Position numbers and translations under genes: made by a program
Shown here: positions 37,393-49,300 of the stretch, in pieces
How the letters are laid out: every line of letters begins with the position of its first letter
How positions within the stretch are numbered: the stretch's first letter is position 1
Assembly: GCA_905178155.1 (NCBI GenBank)
Contig: CAJINV010000010.1
Span: 62,001-126,000, forward strand
From: Amoebophrya sp. A120
Lineage: Eukaryota > Protista > Dinoflagellata
Direction of reading: 5' to 3'
DNA: 64,000 nucleotides
The notes under the pieces: model-generated
What the model was told of the DNA's origin: nothing
Seen by the model: the letters and a program-made list of their open reading frames with translations, nothing else
Databases searched by the model: none

Positions 37393-40300
37393 TTAGACCC
37401 ACACTTCCGTGCTGCCCGTGCCAGGGCTAGTAGCAGCCTCGCCGACAGAGTGGGTCTGCTCCCTCGGTGACGACGACGAGTCCACCTTTCGATAATTTTC
37501 TATCCAGGATGAAAAAACATCATCCACCCGCATCCATTTTTTGCATGACAAACAATGGATCTTATGCATGTTTTGCATGACAAATTGGATGGGGATGGGT
37601 GCCTTTATTTCCTGGATATCTTCATCCGTCGCAGAAGTAGAACTCGAGGACTTCGCCGTCGCCAAGCCCACCGCCTTCTTCCCGTAGTCGAATGTCACGT
37701 ATGCAATACAAATACTTCTCGCACATGTACAAAGTGCATGACAAATTTTCCCAACTTAGAAGAAGCAACTTCTTGTCACGCTGCGGATAGAGGTTTCAAG
37801 GAAAATTTTGAAATTCAGATGAAACCGCACATATTGTACGTGTCCGAGAAATTATTTCCTGCGGATATCACGTAGTACTTGCGCATGAACGTGTCGCCCA
37901 AAATCCACAGCGGGCCGCTCGGCACGTCGATGGGCAGAATTGCGAACAGGCACTGGCCCATCACCATGGGAATTTTCACATCGTTGCCGTCGAGTGTGAA
38001 ATCATGCCCGTTCAGGCTGAAATATGCATTGCAAATAAGTATGTCGTCCTCTCCTGCTGGGTCTGAATTTCAAACCCTACCTGCAATGCGAGTATCATCA
38101 GCAAGAGAAATAATTTTCAGAAAATACTCGCATAATTGCAGAGTGGCCGCTTTTGCTGCCAGCGTCAGAGATGAACAGCAGCAGAAGTCTGCTGAGCAGT
38201 CTTTTTGCTGATTCATTCGTATTAAAACGCATCACAAACTGCCACCAGGCATGACAAACAAAACTTCCCAGTTGTCGTCGTCGTGTTTATGCATTACAGA
38301 TCTTGTTGTCCTTGAGGTCTTGCATTACAAATTTGCAATGCATATGAAAGTGAAGGTCCCTATGGGAGCGTCAGGATCGAAATCGACAAAATCGAAAAAA
38401 AATTCTGGCTGTACTTGGCGGGGGCCTTCAGGGCACCCCCTCCGGGACCCGTTTCGATTCTGACACACTCAAGCATACCGTCGCGGCTAGCGGGAAAAGG
38501 TCCGAGTGTGTCAGAATCGAAATGCGAAATCCCGGCACCCCTCCAGGGGGCCCCTGGGTTTTTTTTCGATTTTGCGAATTTCGATCCTGACGCCTCCATA
38601 GTCCCAATGTCCTTGTCGCAAGGAATCAACATCTTCCCGAAGATATCCTCTGCGAAAGTATCGCACTGGTACAGTATAAATGCAAGTCTTGCATTACAAA
38701 TCTTGTTCCCAAAGCAAATCAGCATGACAAATTCCATTTCTCGTACTGAGCAATTTTGGAAAAATGCAATCCTTTGCTACTAGTAGTAGTGCGATATTAC
38801 TTTTGCAATTCATAAAAAATGTTCACCGCACCTACCTTGGACGCCAGGGCGTTGACCTGGAGTCAGCAGAAGTTTGGTCTTTACATTGCAGGGCCAAAGA
38901 TAAAGAAGCATCAAGTACTTAATTAATATTATATAAGACAAAGACGAAGCGGGGGCGGTCGCGGTCAAACGCGGGTCGGGTAAACGCGGAGGAGGCGGTC
39001 AAACGCGGGGCGCCCAAACGCGGCCGCGCCCCGGCAAAATCGCGGTCGTACCCCGGCAGAAGCGTGGTCGTGCCCGCAAAAAAACGCCGGGCGCCCACCC
39101 AAAACGCGGGGGCGGTCCCCAGAGGGGCGCCTCGCGGTCGCGCTAATCCCGCCGCAGTCGCGGTTTTGCAATCTTGGCCAAGGCCGGTCGAGGCGGGGGC
39201 GCGGCGCGTTTGGCCTCGATTTGGGGGGGCGCGGCCGCGATTTCGGCGGCGCGTTTGACCGCGATCGACCGCCAAGACAAGGGCGGAATCGCGGGGCGGT
39301 CGAAGGCGTCGCGCTTTTTCCCGGGGCGGTCGGGGGCGCCGCGGTCCACCGCGGTGCGGTTAAAGGCGCCGCAGCCCACCGCGGTGCGGCCAAAGGCGCC
39401 GCGGTCCATCGATCCCGGTGCGGCCAAAGGCGCCGCGGTCCATCCCGGCGCGGCCAAAGGCGCCGCGGTCCGCCCCGGTGCGGCCACCGGCGCGCGCCGC
39501 GGCCCGGCCCGGCGCGCCACGGACGGTCAAAGGCGCCCCGGCCAGACAAGGGGTCGCCTTTTGCGGTGCGGCCGAAAGCGGCGCGCGCGCCCCCCCCCGG
39601 GGCGGCCGGGCGGAGGCGCCCCGGCGATGTATGCGCGGGCGGGACCACCGCCATCCGCCGCCCGAAAAGGTGGCGGAGCCAAGTAAACACACATGGCCGC
39701 GCGGCCCCGCGGAAGGCTGACGCGCAAAACATGCGTCCCGCTTCCTCCTCTGCTGCCGCCCCCTGCGCGCGCTTTTATTTTTCTAGCCCCGCCGGGGGCG
39801 CGCACTTTCTTTCGCCCGTCCCGCATTGCCGCGGCCGGCGCATTCCTCTGCCCGGCCTCTGCCCCCTGCTTTCTAACAACCTTTCCTCCACTGGCACCGC
39901 CCCTGCTCCCTTTCTCTCCACTATTCCTCCACTATTCCTCCAATTTCCTCCTGCCCCCTGCTTTCCTCCACTTTCCTCCACTGCCCGCCGAGTCTGGGCC
40001 CCCCTCACCCTCCCCTCACCCTCCCCTCACCCTCCCTCCCCTCCCCTCACCCCCCCCTCACCCACCTTGGACGCTAGGGCGTTGACCTAAAGTCAGCAGT
40101 AGTTTGGTCTTTCAATTGCAGCAGGGCCGAAGAAGAAGTATCAAGTACTTAAGAAAGCGCAGATTGAAAGTGTCAGTTTCTATATTGAAAGAAAAAACTG
40201 TGTTAGTGTAGGTATTTCAAAAAGTGCGATATTTTTTAATAGCGAAAGCTCAAGATTTTTTTCAAAGCAGGTAAGTCCGGTTTTCTTAATGCTGCCTCTG

Positions 40301-43300
40301 CTGTGGTGCTTGGAATGCAAGTAGCTAACGGTTGCTTCGGTAATAATTGTCTTTAGCTAGTTAAGGAGGCAGGACTCATGTTTCTGCTTCGAAACCCGCC
40401 GGACATCGTCGCAGTACTCCTTCAAGTCGGTACCTGGCCCCACCTCATAACAAAAAGCCCTAAATTCGCAGTAGTTGTAGCCTCGTAGCATAAGACCAGG
40501 CTGCTTGCGTGAGACACTGCGTCAGAGCGGCGGCTTTGTAGCATATCCGCGTAGAAGCCAGGCAAGGATCAGCACAGTAGTCCTTAGATAGCGCCTACAC
40601 AAGCTCGACAGGTAGGGCCTTCTGCGATGGCATGATCTCACTCAGAACAGGGATCTTCTTTAGCAGCGAGCAGCGTGGTTCCCAAATTCGAGCCGTTCAG
40701 ACAATTGCTGCGCATGACAAATCCTGCATTGACTGACAACCTTAGTCCATTTCTACCATGTAGAGCCCTCTTTGCACTGCTTCCAAAATCAAATCCAGGG
40801 ATTAACTTCTTCGCGCGATTTATCGCGCCCTGCTCTTTGCTTTTCTAGCATTACAGATTTCATCCTACGACTGCGCTATTTTTTCTTATTACTGCTTAAG
40901 ACTAGACTTAGCCACCTTCTGCACGCGAACCTTCTGACTTTGGTCTTTGTTTCCCGTACCTTTATCAAAATACACCACCACAAAGACACCTCCTTGGCCA
41001 TGCTTAGCCCGCGCGAGGTTTTTGCTCGTGTGGTAAGCATCGCGCTGGGTGCTTTGTGGGGGCTTTTTCGCCCAATAACACGTCCTCCGACCCTCCTCAC
41101 CGAAAGCAGCAACGCGATGTCGCGAGCCAACGTAATCCATGCGGCGAAGCTGTCCGGCGATTATTCCGCCTTAAACGCTTCCGAAAAGAAAAAAGAAGCG
41201 GCCCGCCTCTGGAAGGCGATGAAGGCCTTGGGTTTGTGCTATCATGCGCCCAAAGATTTGCACCTGATGATGGACGACATCCAGGAGCAGATCGACGAAC
41301 AGGAAAAACGGCCGGAAGAACAGATTTCCGGCCAGGTGTTTTCGGGGGAGCGCTACAAAAAGTATTTGCTTTTGTGCCCGTTTTTGCATCGGCTGCTGCT
41401 TGGCATTTTCTGGCCCCAGCGACAGTGCCTCCGGGGGTGTCATGCAGATAGGAACTTGCATGGTCCGAAGGTGTATGGTTGTCCTAAAGATAAAGGGGCA
41501 TGGAAAGCAAAGACCGCAGTTTTTTAGCCCAACAGCTGGCCTCGATGCGCTTGTGACTCTTCTACTACTTCTTCCCACAGAAAAAAACTACTTCACCATG
41601 CCAATGCTGAGAATTTTTCACAACAGCGGGTGGCTGGACATTGACCTCAAGTACCACCAGAAGTGGATTGCTTTGCTTTTCGGATACGACACGCAGGATA
41701 TTGAGCGCGTGTTTGTCTCAGCGTCGCAGGCAGTGGCGATTTACAAACTCATGGGCGTGAAGGGATCCCATGTATTCTCTATAATTTGTAATGCGCGCAA
41801 GCCTACATATCTTTTTTCATCTTCTGCTGCACCTGAGCACCCTAAAGACGAATCCCGATCATCTCTTCCTCTCCGGTCGTAACCAACTAAAAACAACTTC
41901 ACACAGCCGCCCAAAGGTGCGGAAAGGGCCCCCAACGAAAGAACGGCAGTTGCGGAACTGCAGAAATGGAAAACGGAGAACCAGAAAGGTTTCAAGAAGG
42001 CGCAGGTCGCCGTGACGAAGGCGGTCAAGAGCGCCTTCCAGCCCGACTCGTCCAGTGATTCCGATGACGACAGCGACAAACAGTCCGCCCTCGGCTCCGG
42101 AACTGACGACCAGACGACCGATGAGGACGACAACCTGCGCAAGCGCGGCCGCAATAAGAATCGGGGGAAGAAGGACGACAAGAAGTCGACCAAATCTATC
42201 AAGGTATAGTCTAGCTGTGTTCCTATTTTTGCAATAGTCCCTGATCTGCCGGTCATCGAGAGCTTGCCCTGTCTATCTCGTTGGTTTCGAAAGCCATCTT
42301 GTCTGAAATCCACAAGTAACATCTTCCCCAGGACCGCCAGCCCGTGTTGGCGATCAAAGATGCCCCGCGCAAGTCCAAGCGCCGCGACCCGTCTTCGGAA
42401 AAAAAAACCCGCCGTTCCCGCAGTACCCGCCGGAACAAGGAGAAGAAGCGTCAGCGCAAGGGTATGAAGTGCAAACTTTTGTCACTAGTGGCAATCTGTC
42501 ATGCGGAATTGGCATCAAACCTAGCACGAAAGGCAAGAAATCCGCATTACAGATTGGGGCACTAGTGAAAAAGTTTGCCTTGCATAGCCGAGTCGTCGTC
42601 GTCTGAATCCGAGGCCCCTGCCTCCCGCAGCCGCAAAACGAAGACTACTTCCAAGTCCTCCAAAGAACCGATTGGAAAACAGTCCGCGTCTTCCCGCCTC
42701 GAGAAAAAGAACGTCGTCTCGGGCAAGAAGAGCACCAAAAAATCTTCGGGCAAGAAGCTGACTTTGCATGTGAAGTCGAAGAAGGACAAGACCCGGAAGC
42801 AGTTGTTCAAGAGTAGCAAGGATGTTTTCTCCGACTCCGATGCGGAGGAAGAAGCTGATGCCGACGACCTGGACGCCCTCCGCTCGGAAGATGAGCGTGA
42901 CCCCTTGAGCGACGAGCTGGATTCCATGATGAACAGCAGCGACGAGGACTTTGTGGACGACGAGGATGCGTCGGAGGAAAGCAGCTCCGAGCAGTATTCG
43001 GAGGGCGAATTAAAGCGGCTGGAGAAAATCAAAAAGAAGAAGGAGCAGCAGACGTTGGAATCCCGCTCGAACAAGAACGACAAGAAACCGGCCAAAGAGG
43101 ATAAGAGCAGCAAAGGCAAGAATGGCAAGGACAAGGGGTCGCCGGATCACAAGAAGCCGGAGGTGAAGATTAACGCTCCGGGTACGGATGACCGCCCGAA
43201 ACCTAAATCCCGCGTGGTTAACCGCAACAAGTTGCAGGAGGAACTGGAACAGGAGGCCAAGAACAAGAAAAAGGATGCGGGGAAGGCGGGCAAGGGTGAA

Positions 43301-46300
43301 CCGAAGGAAAAAACACCGGGTGGGAAGAATGGAGACAAGCAGAAGCCGACTGGTTCGATTCTGGATACCCCCAGCACCCCGGCCAAGAACAAGTCGCCCA
43401 AGGAGAAGCTTGGCTCGGCCCACAAGTCCTCCGGAAAAGAGTCTTCTTCTGCGCTGCAGACCCCCCCTGCCTCGGGAAGCAAGGCGAAGAAGAAGGCCGG
43501 AAAGAATGGCGACACCCCGCCGTCCAGCAGCAGCAAGAATACCAGCTCCACCCCGGTTGGCGATTCTTCCAACGCTCCCTCTTCGCGGGCTACGCCGAGT
43601 AGCGGTTCGAAGAGTAGCCCTGCCGCCGGCAGCAGTGGCAAGAACACCGGTAAGGGGACGGAGTAAATTGGCAGCCACCTGTCGTGCGATTCGGAGGAAG
43701 GTTTTTCTATGATGTTGGCCCTCATCATAGGTGGTCCGGGACGTGTTTTTGGCAAGAATATGCATCACAAATTCTCTTCTATAGATGGAAACTGCAGAAA
43801 GATTGTATCTCACTAGATATTTTAAGGCGTAGATCTCCCACGGGATGCTCTACCAACTTCACAAGCAGCTGGCTTTGCTTCGTATTTCTACTTGGTGAAC
43901 TAGACAACTCTCCTAGATGTTTAGAAATCGCGATGACCTAATATGTTTTGAAAGGAAAAGCGCATGGATTGCGCTTCTGGTTCTCGAGAAGAACTCATAT
44001 CCAAAGTGGTTGTATACCGGCTAAGTGTTGTGAGCTGTTTCACAACTTCAAAGCCCACGAGGCGAGCTTTTTACTTTTGACGATTTGGAATAGCTGGAGC
44101 ATGGCGTAGCATGCGCGCGCACCCCGTCCCGCAACGCCAAAAAGAGCGGGCGGCGGTGATAGACTAATATCGCGCGCTAGAGCTATTGTGTCCCCTGATC
44201 TATTTCGCCAAGCATGGCACGGGTGCCAGAAGTTCTCTTCGGCCAATGCGGCACTGCGACCTCCTGTCGAGAACTTGTATCAAACCAGATCAGCAGCGTG
44301 TAGATAGCAAGAAACGCCGCCCCGCGCTGCAGATGACAAGCGTGGGCGGAGGCTGGGGCTCTGCAGATGTACTATTTTTCAGCTTCGGGGGGCCAAGATT
44401 TCCAAGGATGTATCCACTCACCCCGAGGCGCCGCCGCATTACAAATACTCTTCCACTTGCTCTGCCCTATCGCAGGACAGGCCTTGAAGCTGACGCACTT
44501 CATCTAGTTGGGCACTTCTTTTTCCCTTGGAACCGCAGCGACACACTTGTGCTAGTATCAACCCTTCAGAGTTGGAATCTGGCAGACAGACAGGACCTTT
44601 TCACTACACTTCGCCAGCAGTATAATTATCCACAGCGGGAGGCTGTTGCATTTCTTGACTTCCGTATTTTTTGAACGCGCATCTTTACCGACTACGACTT
44701 ACGCTAATTCTTCTGCATATTTACCGAGGTTTTTTATTTTCTCTTCGATTCTTTTGTTTCTGCATTACAAACTACGAGCTTTTGCATGTTCAACACCTGT
44801 GAGAATGGTTTTAGCCAGCTTAAAACACGTCCAGAGCGGCACCCTCGCCCTGGTGAGGATGTTGCCGGAGACACAGCGCGGCAACTGGGCGAGGAAGAAG
44901 AGCACCCGTACGAAAATTGTCTGTGTTGCGATTTTATGTTGTTTTCTAGTCACCCCCGATCACGCATGACAAATTCCAAAAAGAGACACAAAACAACTGG
45001 AATCGCAACGACGTTCAGGTGGCATATTGTTACGGAAATCCTGGCGGGATTGGAGGCGCGACATGGCCCTTGCGTACCCGCTTCCGGGCGCCTTGGACTT
45101 GGACAAGGGCGAGACGCGCGAGGATTTCGGGACAGAAATGGTACTCATGACGAGCATAAAACTGCCTGCGTTTTAGGTTCTTTAGACACTGACCCTCGTA
45201 TCTATGACCCTAGATGATGAAATCTGTAATGCTCAGGCTGTTCAAGAAAGTTCTGATCATGTTCTGGCGCAAAAGCGGGCGCCACCAGGTCCGGCTTTTG
45301 CACATGTTTCGAAAATGTCAACTCAGGTTTTGTTTCTCGACTGGATGGAGGTACGCGGGTACGAGCAGCAGGTCCAGAGTTATTGCACTTCCGTGAGAGT
45401 GGACCACTCGCAGCTGGCGGACGACAGCGGGCGGCTGTTGTTGGCCTCCGCATTGGAAAAGCACTACTGTCAGGAGGAGCTCAGCAAACGCCACCAATTG
45501 GTAAAGATTTTCACACATCAAGCAGTCTGTGTTGCGTGAGGTGGTAGCTGTGATTCCAGTTTTCCAATTAGAATGCGCCTGCTCGTATTGTCTTCGTCTT
45601 TGGTCCCATAGTTCCCTCCTGGGCTCTTGGTCCTCGGCCAGGGTGCTTTCAAATAATGTTTCGAAACTCCGAAAAACGGAACAACGTCCTGCGCGGAGTC
45701 ATTGACGCCGTTATCTGGATCCGGAACCTCCTCGGGGGCACCTCGGTCTCGTTTCCGGCTGAGTACGAAGACCTGCAGGACATGCAGTGGAACAGAACAA
45801 TCTGTATTGCGCAAGACAAATCCACCAAGGGCCTGGAGTCGAAGAACGGGATCCAGGTACGCAGTACATTTGTAATGCATGACACAAGATTTCTGATGCA
45901 AGCGCGTATATTTGTCATGCGTGGGATCGCCTTTCAAACAAAAATCCACTCTCGCAGGTCTATCTCACGTTCCTGGTGATGAGTACATACGAGTTTGTGA
46001 CCCAGCTTTGGACCATGCCGCTTCAGCGTCCATCCGGCGTCATCGGGAGAGGAGGACGGCCCCGACCCCGCGCTGCGGCCCAAGCGATGGCAACCGATAC
46101 GCTCAACGTTTTGCATTTTCTCGGCGGCAATCAATTGATAAACAAACTCCGAGGACCATTCACGACCGGCTGGCGAGTTACTTGCGTGCTAGCAGGGGAC
46201 CAGGAAGAGAGTATGACGAGAAGTTCGCACGCCCTGGCAATGGTGTTAAATTGTATACCAACAATCGGGCTCCACCATCGTCTTGCAAATGTCGTCAATA

Positions 46301-49300
46301 AGCTCTACGCCGCCTTGTCGCGGGTAAGAGAGGCGATCAGGATCCTGCTCGGCGGGCAATGGTCCCGCCAAAGTTTGCGCGGTTCGTACGAAGACGCGCG
46401 CTTGCGGTTGGTGGAGCGTGCGGAGAAGCATGGTTTCCGCTCCGAAGCGGTCGAAACGCAAGCCGGGATGTCGACTCTTGAAGCCCTGCAGACCTGTATA
46501 TTAATAATTTTTGAATTTGTCATGCAGAAAATCATTTTTGTGATGTTCATCCCCCTCTCCCCTCCGGCCCTGAGCAGCCTCTCGCGTTACTTTTTTGCAG
46601 GCCAGGTTCTTGCTCCCGCTGCTGGGTGAATGAGGCGGATGCTTTCTTTAGAGGGAAGAACCGCCTTCGTCTGTTCCCAGCAGCGGGAAGTCGAACTGCG
46701 TGGCCTTTTCTGTAGGCCGAAGTCCTGGCTTCCGCTGGGGATTGGCGAAAAAAGCGATGTTGTCCTAGGGAGATCATCGCTTTTTCAATTTTGTCGAGCG
46801 GGAACTGGAACTCTCGGCTTTTTCGAAAGCCGAAAGTTCCAGCTCCCGCTCGACAAAATTGAAAAAACAACTCGGGCAGGGAAAAGAGAATAGTGAGAGT
46901 GTAGGTCACATCCAGGAAAAGGGAAGTTGACGAGTGTAGCAGAGAAAATCTTCTCCGGGGGGGGGTCAAAAGGACCTCCAGAAATTGCATTACACTCGAT
47001 CAATTCTCTTTCCCAAGATGGCCATTTACACTGATTCTTATTTCTTTTTATAGGTGGGGATTAGGAAAAAGAAAATCGCGAGTGTAGCAATTTCATTCTC
47101 GCGCTGGGGGGGTGGTTGGGGGGGGTCGAAAAAGCACCTTGATTTCAACGCGATCTCGAGAATTGGTTTTGCACTTACACTCACGAAAATATCTTTTTCG
47201 CCTTCAACTTTCCGGACTTTTGTCTTCATAAAATGAAAACGCAACAATACCTTCCGACCAGGTGCCCGCCTCGATTCGATGGTCGAAGCGCGATGGTTCG
47301 CGGAGATGCGAATCGCGTTGCTCCTGTTGAAATCCAGCCAGGCGATCCCCCTGGTTCTCTACGAGATGTTAAGTGGAAACAGTCCGCTGCGTCTTTCGCT
47401 GGGCCCGGGTGAAGAAGGTGATCCCGCCGTGACCGAAATGGGCGACCCGGTGGATTATTGGGACCTGGCGCCGCGGCAGGTGGAAGTAGTGGAAGAGGGG
47501 CCGGTGCTTGGGTTCGATACTAATCTCTTGGCCGGTGATCTTGCTGCCATCGAAGAAGCCGAGGTGGCTTTTGAGGCGGCCCGCGAAGAGCGAGAGGAGG
47601 AAGTTCTCTTTCGACCGGGAGTTGACGATGTGGATGTCGATGGAAACAATGCTGATCTTGCTCCGCCCGACGTGCCCCTACTGCCGGTTGAGGAACTTTT
47701 CGGGGACGGAGAGCTCGACTCTATCTTCGACGAAGAGCCAGATGCCGCCGCTGAGCCTGCTCCTGCTCCGGTGCCGGGTGATCCTGCTGACAATGACAAC
47801 GCAGTATGAAAATGAAAACAGAACGCCTGCGAATGGCTTCGAGATGTTTTTGCATTCAAGACCATTTGACGCATTTGAATTTCGCATGACAGATTCTGAA
47901 CTCATTCGCAGGCGCACTTTTTTCATTTTCATATCGCGCTCCGAACGTCCGGGGGCGGGGACAAAACCAACGGATGACGGATAGGCAGAAGGTGATGGAC
48001 CTCATCCATGCAATCGAGGCCTGCGACATCGACCGCGTGAACCACACCCGGAACCTCTCCAGCCGCTACTACAAGCTACATCAACTTCATTTAGAGGTGA
48101 CGGCGGGTGCTCTGCAGGAGCCGCGAAAGCGTGAAGCCTTAAAGCAGAAATACCAGGACGTCTTCCCGTCATTGGACCTCGAAGGGAGCCACCAGCAGTT
48201 CCTCCAGTCCTGTGAGCGAGCTTTGCCGTCGATCTGCCTGGAAGCAGCCCGGGATGCCGCGCGACAAATCCACAACATCGACGAAGTGCAGGCCTCGTTC
48301 ACGCAAATAATCTACAGCATGCGGCATTGGATGTACATGGTCTTCTATCGTGTGCAGAAATCTCAGAGCTCCATGTTTGTCATGCAAGAATACCTCCGCA
48401 GCATCGTAGATTCGAAGGTCCGTGGGAAATCGGTTGTGTGTTTCTGCATGCAAACAACTTTTGGTGTGGTTGTGCATGACAAACATGGAACTCTGAGAAT
48501 TGTTCCTCCTGATAGCCGTGACCCCGCGTACAATCTTTGGTTTACTCTCGGGCACCGTCCCGACGAATGCCAGGCCTGGCTCCGGAACAACCTCGTCAAG
48601 TATGACGCCCTCGACCCCACGAACCGCGACGGCTTATTCCGCCGGAAACTTCCCGTCTTTGCTAATTGGATTCAGAACCTGCTCCGGTCGGACGAGCAGC
48701 TGGCGAAGGACGTTCTTGACAACATCCCGGTGGCGGGAAGTACGTCCGACTTCGAGCAGGAAAATCATTGGAGATATGTGACGCTGGCACAAAGGATTTT
48801 TCGCAAACTCCAGGGGCGGTTCCTTCTTTCGGCGGCACGGGATCGGTGGAGGAATAAGATGAAGCTTTTCAACCCGTTCCCCAGCCTGTGGGGCAGCACC
48901 GCCCGGAATGCTACCATTGCGCCGTCGAAGCTGCGTCCTTTCCTAAACGACCCGCAGCAGGAGGTTACCGCGGAGACGGTCCGCGCCCATGTTTCCGAAG
49001 TCGCCGCGAAAAACGAGCAGACGCCAGTACAAATCTTCGCACAGGTGGAAGACATTCGGTCCTCCCACCAGCTTCCTGCAGACATGGCGGCAATTCGTGA
49101 CGAGGTCCGACACGAGGCTCTCTCGGCCGAGATTCAGGTTGCAGGGACCAACTACTACAGCCACAGCCTCCAGGTGGCGCCATACATGGAGGCGTCGAAG
49201 GTGGAGGCGGTTGCGGACATCCCGATTCTCCAGGAGGTTGGCGACAGAGTAGGCTGTGAAACATGGGGCTGCGCTCGGGCAACGTTTGTAATGCGGTGGC

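Larger units (their letters stand above)
34771..37424. repeat. Four copies of a 34-bp core (protease stop-codon region) separated by unrelated DNA
   Basis: tcttagacccacacttccgtgctgcccgtgccag at 34771, 35464, 36610 and 37391. Confidence 0.9.

Noticed and set aside
34771-37424. CRISPR-like array of 34-bp repeats
   Set aside because: Spacers are 0.65-1.1 kb and uneven, the repeat is the coding 3' end of the protease gene, no cas genes are present, and the context is eukaryotic.
38919-40090. Long Arg/Ala/Pro-rich ORFs
   Set aside because: Open on both strands because extreme GC content and tandem repeats exclude stop codons.
45204-45539. VLFLDW as the first catalytic Asp of the transposase
   Set aside because: That frame does not splice in phase to the neighbouring GT-AG exons, whereas the LDGGT frame does.
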